Part shown: one piece after another, positions 11,330-23,258 of the stretch
Layout of the letters: every line of letters begins with the position of its first letter
Numbering within the stretch: position 1 is the first letter of the stretch
Assembly: GCA_028534125.1 (NCBI GenBank)
Contig: CM052837.1
Coordinates: 36,890,001 to 36,954,000, forward strand
DNA: 64,000 nt
Direction of reading: 5' to 3'
Origin: Lama glama
Taxonomy: Eukaryota
The notes under the pieces: model-generated
Told to the model about the DNA's origin: nothing
Database searches by the model: none
Seen by the model: the letters and a program-made list of their open reading frames with translations, nothing else
Program-made: the position numbers and the translations under genes

Positions 11330-11503
11330 CTGTCCCAAATGGAAAGCTTGGATACGAAGTTTCCTGACTTGCTGAACACACCACCTGGCTGATGCAGCCA
11401 CGGGGTGCGAGGACAGCGCCAGGCCGGAAACACTGCTGCTGCTGGTCACTGTTCACAATTAACAGCACAGGTTATCTCGAGACTGTGCCCATGGAGTAAG
11501 CTC
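11330..11503 (-). other. DIDO1: DIDO1 non-coding exon 2 (5' UTR, 174 nt)
   Basis: Strong acceptor tattttcttcattttag|GAGCTTACTCC and donor GACAG|GTAACG; similar to the human DIDO1 5' UTR as recalled. Confidence 0.85.
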
Positions 11504-13083
11504 CTAAAATGAAGAAAATAGTTTATAGGTCTTAAGTAAATATAGCTAAAACCATGTTTAAAAAAAAAGCATCAAACTTTCCAAGCACTCTCTTATTTGA
11601 GTGTAGGTCACATGACCTGCAAAGACATCCAGGGAGTGGAAAAACCAACCAACTAGCCTCCAAAACACGGTTCCTTTCCCTAAGGACTTCTAAAAGAAGG
11701 GAAGGTACTCTGTCCACACTCTGAAAGCAGGGGGCTGGGACAGGCCAAGGCCAGGGCGCTGGTGAAGAGGCGCTGGTGGGAAGAGCCCAGGGGCCTCGGG
11801 GACAGAGGGTTTCATGACCAGTCATCAGGTGTCAGCTGCTTTCCAATCTACCATCCTCCTTTGGAGATGGACACAGCTCAGTAAAACCCCAGAGAGAAAT
11901 ACGAACACAATGTGCAAAGATGAAAAACAAAACTACACACAAGAGTAAACTATTCAGGAATTCTTACCACTGTAGCTCTGTCATTGTTCTAGTTAAAAAC
12001 CCAAGAAAGGTTTCAGAAGACGGATGTTAGGATGACTGAACAGGACGTGGTACCGCGTCCACGTGCATCTAAACACCACTTCCGCTCCCTCGTTCAAACC
12101 ACTTCACTTAGTTTATTAGCGAACATGTCTTTGGTCCTGAGTATCAGGCATTCAACGCGTTTCACATTCTAGACCCAAGACCCTCTGCCAGCACCTCACC
12201 TCCTTCTCTGACTCAGGCCAACTGCCTCTCCTTCCAGGAGAGAACTTAGTAACTGAGGTCGCCTTAGCAACAGAACAAACATTCCGCGGCACCTCCTTTT
12301 AAAGAGACAGTGACCACTTCACCCTGACCAGCCACCCACATCATCATGAACCCATGTCAAAACAAGAAACTGCTTCTCAGAAGGATCTTGAAATAAACTT
12401 TCACATTCCACAACAGTGAACATCGACAAAAGCAAAGGAATTTGGATGTTTTCAGGAATGAAGTTTTTAAAGTTTACCTCTGGAAAAAGTTTTTGGATTT
12501 GAGTTTTGAATAATCAACCAGAATAGGAGAATCCAGTTATTTCTGTTACATGCAATGAGGTAAAGTACTTTATTCAAAATAGATCAGATCATTTAAAATA
12601 ATTTGGTTCATTTATCTTGACTTTAATTTACAAAACTGATTTTGTAATTTCTAACACAGAAATTCTAATATAAAATTTCAGCTCATGAAACAAAAGCAGG
12701 TCTATCAAGACAAAAGACAAACAAAACATCTATGATCAAGGCGAAAGTTAAAAAAAAAAACTGTGTTATGTTCCAAACACAACTTAGAGTGTACAGGTCC
12801 ACACACGACAGCAAGCCAACACACCTGATCACACCATGTTGGTAACAAACGCTCCCCAGGAAGAGGACAACGGGAAAGAGAAAAACTGGAGGTGAACACT
12901 GAACGTACTGAAATAATTCACTATTACTGTCCTAAGTTTCTAAGTGCAAATTTTTCCATTTCCTACTAATGAGAAGTAGGAATAATACCATGAAATCTTA
13001 CTTTTCCACAAGCCAACAGTTCTCATCTGCAGTGCCAAAGGCCATTCATGAACAGGCCACAGCCCACCTTCCAAGTTCTTGAA

Positions 13084-13782
13084 AGGCACTCTCCAACTTT
13101 TTGCTGTCAGGGCCCCTTTATACTTTTAAAATTTGAGGACCCCCAAAGAGCTGTTTTTATGTGGGATATATCGGTATTTCCAAAATTAAAGCTGAGAAGG
13201 ATTTTCAGAATTATGCACATTTGCTGACATTACAGTAAATCCTGACGAGTAGCAGTTCCATAAAAATCAGTCACAAAATGAATCTGAAGCCATGCTTGTG
13301 AACTTTCCACAGCTCCTTACATTACAAGCCACTCTGAATGCACCCTCTGCTCCCGTGCTTGGGGGTCACCTGGAAGCCTGGTCCGGACACAGCGGAGCCC
13401 ATGTGCCAGCAGAGAGCTTAGTGGACAAGGACACGCTGGTTAATGTTGGCGCCCACCTCCCGAAACGTCTTTAGTCACTGCCAACATTCCAATTTTCGCT
13501 TACATCTTGAATTTTATCGTAAGTAACAAATACGGTCAGCTGCTTTCCTTGAGACTCATGCCACTTCTCTTCAAGAAAATGCCTGCCAAACGAAACCCCA
13601 CCTGGAAAACAGAGTCTGTCAGCGGTGCCTCCACCCCGCACACTGTAAACACAACCGTGTGTGTGATGCCCCGTGTGGGGTGGAGAACACTCACCAGGCC
13701 AACTATGACTGGGGACAGAGTTCTGACCTCTTAGCCCCTAGAAGGGTTTGGGGACCCATATGAAACAGACTGAGAACTTCTG
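13084..13782. mobile_element. hAT-Charlie DNA transposon remnant (Charlie1a-like)
   Basis: End motifs CTCCAACTTTTTGCTGTCAGGGCCCCTTTATACTTTTAAAATTTGAGGACCCCCAAAGAGCTG and ...GACTGAGAACTTCTG match the recalled Charlie1 termini. Confidence 0.7.
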
Positions 13783-15555
13783 TAACATGCCATTCCTACC
13801 TAGTAGTTTAAGAACACGATGAAGGCGTGCAAAGCCATCACACACATGGAGTCTTTAGCATCAGAAGAGATTAAACATTTCCTTCCACAAAACTGTTATC
13901 AACCAATAAATGCTCCCTTCAACGCCTAAAAAATATTAAGCTGCCAGAAGTGATTTTCTTAAACACAAGATCAAAAATACCCTCCCCAAGTAATGTTAGC
14001 GATGCCTGACTCTATGACCATTGTAAATTTGAATGCTTGACCTCCACAAAGCTTCAGACAGGTAGAGGTAACTGCATCTTGCCCATTTAAAGATGTTTAG
14101 TTCTATACACTAGAGACTAATTCTGCTAAGACACTTTAAAATACAATATATAACCACAATTAAGGTCCTATTTTCACAGCACGGGAACTGCGAGAAAACA
14201 GCTCCAGCTTCTCAAAAAGATAACACACAGATGCGTATCTGTCCCACCTGGTGGCAAAACAGTGTGGTTCTCTGAACCTCATACCCACCCCCCAAAGCAA
14301 AAATCAAAATTAACACTAATTGTGCAACAATGGTAACCTGCCAATCTCAAATTACATCCAATGCTATAACATAATCTCATTATGCTGGCCTCCGCTAACT
14401 TACTTCTGAAAGACTAGGCCGAAGTTTACAGTTACTTATACTTTTTATTAAGGGTCTTCTGTCTCACAACTAATCCTCTGCTGTGGAAGAGGAGGGACTG
14501 AGAAGACGCTGGCTAAAAGTTTTTTAAGTAACCCCCTCCCCCCAAAAAGACAAGCTTTCCCACTTACTCTTTCACAATTGTTTTTATTAATGGGATGGTC
14601 ACTCATGAGAGTGCCCAGACATGAGACAGCTCTCTACATCCCGAAGGCACCAGTGTTCTCTGAATACCAGCCCACAGTAGCCGGACGGCCCCACACGTCT
14701 AAAGCAGCAAACACCACACCTGTTCACTAAACACGTCCCCCAGACACGGAGAGGCGGCAGGCCTGGGCTCGCGGGGCAGAGGGAGAAGCCCCGCTTTCCT
14801 TTACCTGAATTTCCACAGAGAACCTGACTCAGACGTGTTAAGTTACATTTCAGTCCCTCAGACGGCTAATGCGAAGTTTGCTGCTTTCCCAGCAACATTG
14901 TCATTATTAAAATTATCCTGAAGCAAAGGCACTCACAACACAGAAAGGTTCTCAAGAGGTAAACAGAGACAAACCTAGGAACAATCCTGCTGTTTGAAAC
15001 TTCTTATATACTTCTGCTCTACAATACGTGGGAATAAAAAGCAAACTTGCTGCGTAACCTGCTGAGGACTGGTGCTCAGCTGGGCCGCGGTGGGCTCCAG
15101 CCTCCCCCACCCCCGCTCCTCGTCGTGGGTGGGCAGGGGGTGCACCGGCCCCCCATAGGGTTTCTAGTGCATAACAGGCTTGTGCCCTCAATGGGCAACT
15201 CTCCAAACCAGCTTCAGGGACCATAAGAGCCACCTGAACGTATCAAGATTAGGGAGGGGGTAACGAGGCTTTCCCCATTCTGTCCTGAGCGCTGTGCAGT
15301 CTCCTGCCCAGGTTCTGTGAGGATATTCAGGTGAACAGAAGCGGGGCTTCTCCCTCTGCCCCGTGAGCCCAGGCCTGCCGCCCCTCTGTGTCTGGGGGAC
15401 AAGGTGTTTAGTGGACAGGTGTGGTGTTTGCTGCTGCAGATGTGTGGGGCCGTCCGGCTACTGTGGGCTGGTTTTCAGAGAACACTGGTGCCTTCGGGAT
15501 GTAGAGAGCTGTCAAGTCTGGGCACTGTCACAAGTGACCATCTGGAACGGGCTCC

Positions 15556-15857
15556 TGCTGTGGTCTGCCTGCCTGCGCCCCTGGCCCAAACTCAGCTCGA
15601 AACCCAGTCCTGAGGTGATGGTGCTAGGAGGTGGGGCCCTTGGGTGGTACCTAGTCCACGACGTTGGAGCCCTCAGGAGTGGGCTCACTGCCCTTAAAAA
15701 TAGGCCCCAGAGCTCACTCGGCCCCTGCAGCCAGGGAGAGGCATCCGGTCTGCGGGCACCCTGGCCTCGGGCCCCCAGCCCTCAGCGCTGTGAGGAACCG
15801 TCTACTGCATATGAGGCCTGCAAGTCTGCGGTCTGGTGCAGCAGCCCGAGTGGACTC
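15556..15857 (+). mobile_element. MaLR LTR (MLT1A-like)
   Basis: GGTGATGGTGCTAGGAGGTGGGGCCCTTGGG...GGAGCCCTCAGGAGTGGG...TGCCCTTAAAAATAGGCCCCAGAG...GCAGCCCGAGTGGACT. Confidence 0.75.
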
Positions 15858-16816
15858 CCGGTGAGCAAGAAAACACGGTTCCAAACACTGTGCAAGGGGC
15901 TGCTGGAATCCTGCCCCCGAGGACTGGTGCTCTTAAGGCTGCTGCCTGGGGCTTAGCGACCCTCTGAACTGTGAAGGCTCTCGTCCTCAGCGAGTGCTGT
16001 GTGGGACAAGCCTGGCTGCCGCTGAATTCCCAAGGACAGCACTGGGATGGGTTCCGAAACGGAGCCTCCCCTCTCTTTCCTCGACCAAGACCGAGAGAGC
16101 GAGAGAGAGCCCGCGTGACAGACAGACGACCTGCAGGCAGTAAGTCACTTCTCAGGACAGTCACCCCTGCTAAGCACTCCAGGGGCTGCTTCCCCTCGGA
16201 GCCTCTAGGTCCCGTAGCTGTGAATTAAAAACCCTGATTCTCCAGGGACCACTCCTGCGATAAGCCACTTGACTGCCTTATAGCCGCAGCGGTCTGTTTG
16301 GCCCAAGTCCTCCTGTGCGGGCTACTCCCGTCCAGCACCCCGGGGACATGGTTGCGGATCCCCGCACCCTCCTGTGGTCTCCGGGGGCCAGGCCCCTATA
16401 CAGGCCACTCTCACCTTGTTTCACTGCAGCAAGAGCTGTTAAGGACCCAGCGAGAGGCTGTGGATAAGGAAAGGACACCCTATAACAAATGCAAAATGCC
16501 ACTGTGCCCTAAAGCCAACAGAAGCCTTGAGGCTTCCTCACCCAGCAGGCACCCTGGCTGTGCTTGGGCCTCTGGTTCCAGGTGGTCCTCTTCAAGGGAG
16601 AGATACGCACTGACACCTCTTCACTGGGGACAACACACATTTTCCACACGTTTCCCAAAAAGCAAGGACGTGGCTGATTCAAAAAAAAAGTTCAAAGACA
16701 TTGCCTATCTTCTTAAAAGTAATCCATTTTCCCAGTTGTTCAAGTTTAGAGTCAACTATTTTTCTTTTTTTAATCTCATTTCTCAACAAAAGAGCATTTC
16801 TAACTATGACCCAGAG

Positions 16817-17245
16817 CAGAGGTTCTCAAAGTATGTTGGGGGGACGGGGGTGTGGTCTTTCAGGAGGTCCCCAAGGTCAAACTATTTGCACAACACTCCT
16901 CTTTCAGGAGCACGTGGTATTTTTCAGATGCTAAACGACCATGCTATTACAACAGCTGGAATTCAGAAGCAGGCAGGAGAATCTGACGACTGTTGCTTAA
17001 GCCAGACATTAAAGAGATTTGCCAAACTGTAAAGCAATGCCACCTCTCACCCAGCTGTTTTCCTCTTGGAACAATTTTCATAAAGTGTTAATATGCAAAT
17101 GTTAATTATTATTTTTAAATGAAAAAGTATATTTAATTGTCAATTTCTAATGCCAAAAGTGGGAAATGCCAACAGATACAACATAAACAAAAGCTGTTTG
17201 TGGTCCGGGTTAATTTCTGTAGCGGCATCAGTTTGAGAACAGCCG
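16817..17245. mobile_element. hAT-Charlie remnant (Charlie1b-like), opposite orientation to the 13.1-kb copy
   Basis: CAGAGGTTCTCAAAGT...TTAAGCCAGACATTAAAGAGATTTGCC...CATAAACAAAAGCTGTTTG...GTTTGAGAACAG. Confidence 0.72.
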
Positions 17246-19087
17246 GCAGCATACACCTGACACTGGGAAACTTTAAAGGGCTGCTCTTGACGGGTCAGAA
17301 GCAACCCAGAACTTCCCAGTCGGTAGGACCGAAGGACTGTGCCAGTGATGCTTCAGGACTCTGCTCTCCCAGCCCCTCTGGGCCTCTCCTCACCGCAGTT
17401 TCACATGATGACTGAGAAAGCACCGATTTCCAATCACGAAATTGCAGCATTCAGAGTGCCTACCACTCCAGTTCAAAGGGAAAGTGGTTGGAGAAAACAA
17501 CACAGGCCTTCTCTCTCACAAGGATCCGCTTCCCAAGTGGAGCTGCATCTTATAAAGGAATTACGATCTCAAACCACAGGTCAAGGTGCAAAAAGAATGG
17601 TTGGAGGAATGTGCGGAAATACAAAACACAAGAACTGTGTATCTCAGCTGGAGTCCTTCCTTTCCCTGAGATTAGCGGAGGCCAATGTCTAGTTTTAGGG
17701 GCGGTGTGGCAAGTCCAAGCTTACATTAGAAAGCTATGAGATAGGGGGCAGAGTCTGTGCGTCAGCTCTGCAGGCCCACCAGAGCTGGGCTTGGTGCAGC
17801 TCTCGGGCTCGTCAAGGCTGCACAGGCGGGGCACACGCAGACAGGAGCCACCTTACTGCCAAACACACATCCTTAGGGGGAAAACACTTTCAATTACAAT
17901 CTAACAAACCTGAAGAGTCAGCAGCTAGTGTCGACCCAGCCCTGTCTTGATGGAATGCTGGGGTCAACTCCTCCAGCATCCCACGACCTGATCAAGGCAG
18001 CCAGCAGCCACCCTTCCCCTGCCGGGCAAATTAATGAGTCAGGTAAGTCCTCTGATAAGTAGACTGGGGGCTGGGAGGCTCAAGGGGCAGCACCGTGGAA
18101 GAAGGCAGGCGTTGTGCCAGGATGTTCCTGGCTTCAACCCCAGCTGCAAACCTAACAGCTAGACGTGCTGCTCAGGAAACGGGGACAACTGTAACCTCAG
18201 TTTCCTAAAAGGATATCTGAAACCACACCATGTCAAGTGCCAGTCAGCACTTATACACAGCAAACGTGTAATAAATGGCACACGTCATTTGACAGAGTGG
18301 CAATGTCAGACATGACCAGTTGGGGAAACAGGACCCCATAGAAGAGACTGCAAACATTTACCAAGAGCCCTTTACGTCCGTACAGAGCACGCAGTAGCTC
18401 TGTCCCCCAGCCAGGTGGGGCCGCTTCATCTTGACCCGGCAGAGATAACCGGGAAAGTGCAAGTGCGTTTATAAGGGTGCTCCCAGCAGGCTTTTTTTTT
18501 TTTATACTAAGGGACACAAACCAATGTCCATCACCGAGGGACTGGTTTGAAAAAATAGTCAAGAAACATCCATACGATGAAATCATTTAAGGATGTAACG
18601 AGGGGGTGACAAGCTCCACCCTCTGAAAGAGTCTCACATGGGAGTGGGGAGACAAGTCAGCCCTGCACAGTGGCCCCACCTCCTAACACCCTCTGCCCAA
18701 CACATGCAACCAGGCTCACAAACAGGACAACAGCTCTAACGCTGGGCTTCCACACAGTGCCGTTTCTGGGGTTTCTGCTTCCTTCTTTGTATTTTTACAT
18801 TGTCTTGATTTTCTACATATATATTTATCTTTGCAAAACAAACACAGTAATCTTTGTATTGGGGGGGAACCTCTTTTACCTTCTTGTAAAGGTTTATTAA
18901 ATACCACATTAAGAGTCTGTATTAGCATAAGAAAAGCAAAACCACAGCAGCAAAGTTTGATACTCAAGCATCTGCTTTACAAATTACAAACGTGACAATC
19001 CCACTGCTTACTGAACAGGTTTACAGGGACTGCTGCAAAAGCAGGATCATCATCCATTCAACTTCGTATCACTTACCCTCAGAATCA

Positions 19088-19253
19088 GAGTTGACCCTTG
19101 AGACAAACAGGAGTTAGGCTTCAAGCCTGCACACACCTCACACCCAGGCTCTGCACGCTGTGGCCTGTGCAGCACCGCAGTGTTTACTCCTGAACAGGGC
19201 CCTGTGTAAGTGGGCCCGGGCAGCTCAAAGCCATGCCGTTCAAGGGCCAGCTG
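19088..19253. mobile_element. Tigger2-family MITE with terminal inverted repeats
   Basis: TIR pair AGTTGACCCTTGA (19089-19101) and TTCAAGGGCCAGCTG (19239-19253); the minus strand matches the recalled Tigger2 start CAGTTGACCCTTGAACAACACGGGTTTGAACTGCGCGGGTCCACTTATAC. Confidence 0.7.
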
Positions 19254-21649
19254 CACTGCTCAGAAAACGAGAGTGAGGCCTAAGCAAGGGGGTGCGGGCA
19301 CTCAGACCACGTGCGCTCCATGCAGGCAGTGTGTGACCTCCCCTCAAGTCACTGTTAATCACAGAACCTCCGGAAAGGAACTCACGCACATCCCTCGGTG
19401 CTGGCCATAAAGAGGGCAGTGTCAGATATCCACTGGGAGGGGCTCCACCGTTTACACAAGGAACGCAAAAAGGAGATTCTGTTTCAGGAAATTTTCCTTA
19501 ATGGACTTTCTGAGTCCACCAGGTATACGAGAAATCAGGTCTCTATCGGACATGGTGCCAACAGCGCAGACTCAAGGACAACAGGGAGCTGGCCTGTCAA
19601 CATTCAATCTTGGCTCCCCAAGGGCCAAATGGAAGTCACCTGGTATCATGGGACAGGTGTATAAAAAAGGTAAAACATTAGCACTTTGCAGAAATAGAAA
19701 ACAATCAGGACCTGGAACATCCAGAAAACACATACTACAAAGAACCAGTCTGTGGGCTGCCCAGGAAGGGGCCTCTACTCAATGAGGACTTACAGCGTCA
19801 ACAGCAGGACCTACAAACTCCTCCGCCGAAGCCCCCACTCCAATCCCTCTCCTCCCACCATGAAGACTAACCCTACCCTCATGAAGGCCCACTTGAAGCA
19901 CTGGGCGCCCTGTGTCCAAGCCCCAGTGACACAGCTCCTCAGCAAGCCATTGTGATGCTCACACATCCACACGGTCGCCGTGGGAACGAGCAGACATCCA
20001 GGGGAGGCGTCAACCTCACAACCTTTAATGTGTCCTTTCTTATCAGAGTCCAGAGTGCTACCCATTACACATAGGGCCTATTATAATGTCTTTTCTTATC
20101 AAAGCATAACTCACTTTGCTTGAAATGGCCCGAATTCAATCAAAAACTAATAAAAGACAACTCTTGGTGGAAAATCAGAAATAAATTAAAAATACATATT
20201 ATTCCTACTCATTATTAAAATAAGTCTACAAGAACACAGGCAAGGAGGAAACAGCACTTAGGAAATGTGTTAGGCAGAAAGTTTCACCACAGGGTTGGGG
20301 CTGGGTCCTCTCAGGTGACATGTGGGGTGTCTATGCTGTGTTAAAAATGGCAAAATAATGGTCTAGTCATAGAGATGGCATGTGTGTATGCCAAACCCAA
20401 GTGCCAGTAAGGGCTCTAGGTTCCAGGGTACAAGGCTGCCAACACTGGATTTCAATGAAGGAGCTAGGAGGCCCTCACAAGTCCCCACTTCACTTGTCTC
20501 CAGGACTGAGAAGGCCACCTTTCTGGTATTCACTGAGTAAACTGAGAAATCTTTTTAAAGGTCCTTGATTTTATTTCCTCAAAACAGACGCCTAAAGCAC
20601 CTTCTTGGAAGCGTGTTTAAGCCAGGGACTACATCACGCCAGGAAAATCATGGGACATTTGCCTGGGGTTGGCCCAACAGCCCAGTTAGAACTCAGCTGT
20701 GTGTTCCTGGACAAGTTCCTTACAGGTGCTTCACCTTCCTGGAGGCTAGAATGGTACCGAGCACCCTAGTGGTCGAAACGAATTAGCACTCATAAACTGC
20801 TCAGAACAGGGTCCACCTTGGTGGAACGCCCACTGGAGGCTCTGCTTCCCCCAACCCAACCCCTGTACCAATCTACGGCTGCCCTGAGGTTTGTGAACAT
20901 ACTGGGGGAAAAGTCTTACTATTCGCCTCTTCGCCTTCAAAATGCCCGACACGCTCAAATCGCGCTCCACCAGCGCGCAAAGGACACGGATGCTGCCATC
21001 TACGGCTGACCGCCAATTACAGAGCACCCTCAACCTACCTCGTGTGCTGCTGTCCCAAGGCCCCAACTCTAGGCCCACTGTCTGAGGGGTCAGATCTAGG
21101 GCGGAAAACCTGTCCTGACCCCCAGGGTCTCCCAAGCGGGCGGGGGAGCGGCAGACACCGAGCAGAGCGCGCGAAACGTGGGGCGGGAATGGCACAGCGG
21201 ACGGCAGGGCCGGCACGCCTCCCGTCGAAGGTGAGAGGTGCCCCTTCCCTTTTTCAGGATGACCAGCGGGCAACACAGCACAAATCGGTTTCATGTCACA
21301 CATCGAGTTGACAAGTCACGCAATAAAACCCAAAATTCTGTATTTTGCGGCTGGGCACAGTCTTAAAAAAAAACCGAAACCGACTTTCCAAACTTCTTTT
21401 TTGCTTCCTACAGCATCGAATACCACACAACTAACGTAATGTTCGCCTTTACAAGAGCAGTCGACTAGAAGCCTGAAATTACCTGAAAGCGAACAGAACC
21501 ACACCTTATAGAAAAACGCTAAAATGAAACTTCACCTCCTGCAAGATGTCTAGAGAAACTCACCGGACTAAAGAGAGAATTCAACTCTACGTTACTCCGT
21601 TACTTGAAACAGAATCGCTTCCGCGCCCAAGCAGCCAGACTCGGAACTC

Positions 21650-22400
21650 CCAGGAAAAAGCGCTTCCCTCCCCCTCTCCGGTCGCGCGCCGCCGCCGCGG
21701 GGCACCGGGCCGCGCTGTGCCCGCGCTCCCTTCGGTCCGTCCAGGCTGAGACGCGACGGCGAGCACCGCCCGCGGCGGCCCGGCCGGACCCGGGAGTGGG
21801 CCCCGCGCCCCCACGCCGCCCGCCCCTCCCCCCGGCCCGCGGCCGCCGCCATCTTCTCCGCTCGGCGGAGCGCGGCCCGGCGCGGCCCCTGCGGCTCCGG
21901 GCGGGCTCGGTCCGGGCGCCGCCGCCCCCGCCCGTCCGGATGCGGCCCCGCGGCGGCCGGCCCCTCCGCCCCGGCCGCCACTCACCGCGGGCAGCAGGCC
22001 TCTAGAGTTTCGCAGCCATTCCCTCGAAGCGCCGCGGAGCGAGGGGACAGGAGAGCGGGCGGGCGGGCACGGCGCCGGCACCGAGATGCGGGGCTAGAAG
22101 AGCCGCCCGCGCTGCGAGCGGAGGGAAGACGTCGGCCACCGAGACGTGGAGCTAGATGGGCCGGCCGCGCGCCGCGCAGCGCCCCCTCACGGCGGGCGGA
22201 GGAAGGAGACTGGCCCAGGCCCCGCCCCTGCCCTGCGCCGCGCGCCCCTGTGGGTCCGGCCACCCCGAGGGAGCGCACAGTGCCTGGGCTTCCGTTGGCT
22301 GGTCGCCCTGGGCCCACTTAGTGGCAGAAGGGGCCGGGAGGAAGATAGGAGCAAGGCACAGCGCTCCTTTCCCACCAGACCGCGGTCGAGCCGGGCCTCC
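21650..22400. promoter_or_regulatory. CpG island / internal DIDO1 promoter
   Basis: Very high GC and CpG density; GC boxes; YY1 consensus GCCGCCATCTT at 21845-21855; CTCF-like CAGCGCCCCCTCACGG at 22177-22192. Confidence 0.85.
21986..22110 (-). other. DIDO1: DIDO1 alternative first exon 1b (internal CpG-island promoter; 5' end approximate)
   Basis: Donor CCGCG|GTGAGT at 21985 inside a CpG island; ...GAGGGAATGGCTGCGAAACTCTAGAGGCCTGC resembles the human DIDO1 mRNA leader as recalled. Confidence 0.78.
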
Positions 22401-22689
22401 GCAGAAGCACGGCTACAAAGAGGTGAGCTCACACAACTGGGCACACTGGGCCACCAGGGTTGCAAGGAAAGGGCTATGATAACCCTCCCCCTGGATTTTC
22501 TTCACTCAGTGCTGACGAGTGACACCCCAGCACCTGCCTGCCCCCAAATACTCAGCAAATGGACCTCAGAGGGGAATCACCTGCTTCCTTGGGACACTAC
22601 AGACACCAGCCCTGAGAACACTAACTCCTTGACCAAGGGCTGGCCTCTGTCCCCATCACTGCCTCTACAGCTCCCTGCTCTCACGTTCC

Positions 22690-23258
22690 TTAGAAGCAGG
22701 AACCCTGGGCAAAAAGCAGAAAACTGCCCTGTGTGCAGTAAAGCTGCACTCCCGCCCTGCCAGCTGCTTCCACGCAGGAGAACCAGGGCCTGGGAGCAGG
22801 TGTGTGTGAGTGAAAAAGATTGCAGCCGTATCAGTAAACAAAGAATGCTGAGGCCGTGGAGTCATCAGCCGCTACTGCCACCCCCACCCCTCCACCTCCC
22901 GCCCCAGTGAGCTGGAGGGAACTCAGGATGTGAAAGAACAGCATACAGGCCCTGGACAGCTAGGTGCACATCAAAGGAATGATTTCAAGGAGCCCATACC
23001 TTTGCACCTTCCCATACATAGAGAAAAGTGATAAATTCCTTAACTGGAGGTGTCTGGTTTTCTTTGATTAACAGTAATCTTTTGATGCTCTGACTACCTG
23101 GGGGTCTTTGTTGGAAAGACTCATATATCCTGGCTTCTACCTTGCTGCTTTGGAACAGCCTTTTAGAGTGATCTGAGATGCTGAGTCCTGGGCTTGAGTC
23201 CTAAGAAAATCTACTGAATAAAACGTAGCTCTCAGCTTTCAGGCTGTGCTTTTAGACA
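22690..23258 (+). mobile_element. Solo ERV1-type LTR
   Basis: TATA-like CATATATCC ~23123, AATAAA 23217-23222, terminal ...CTCTCAGCTTTCAGGCTGTGCTTTTAGACA typical of ungulate ERV1 LTR 3' ends; subfamily not assigned. Confidence 0.6.
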
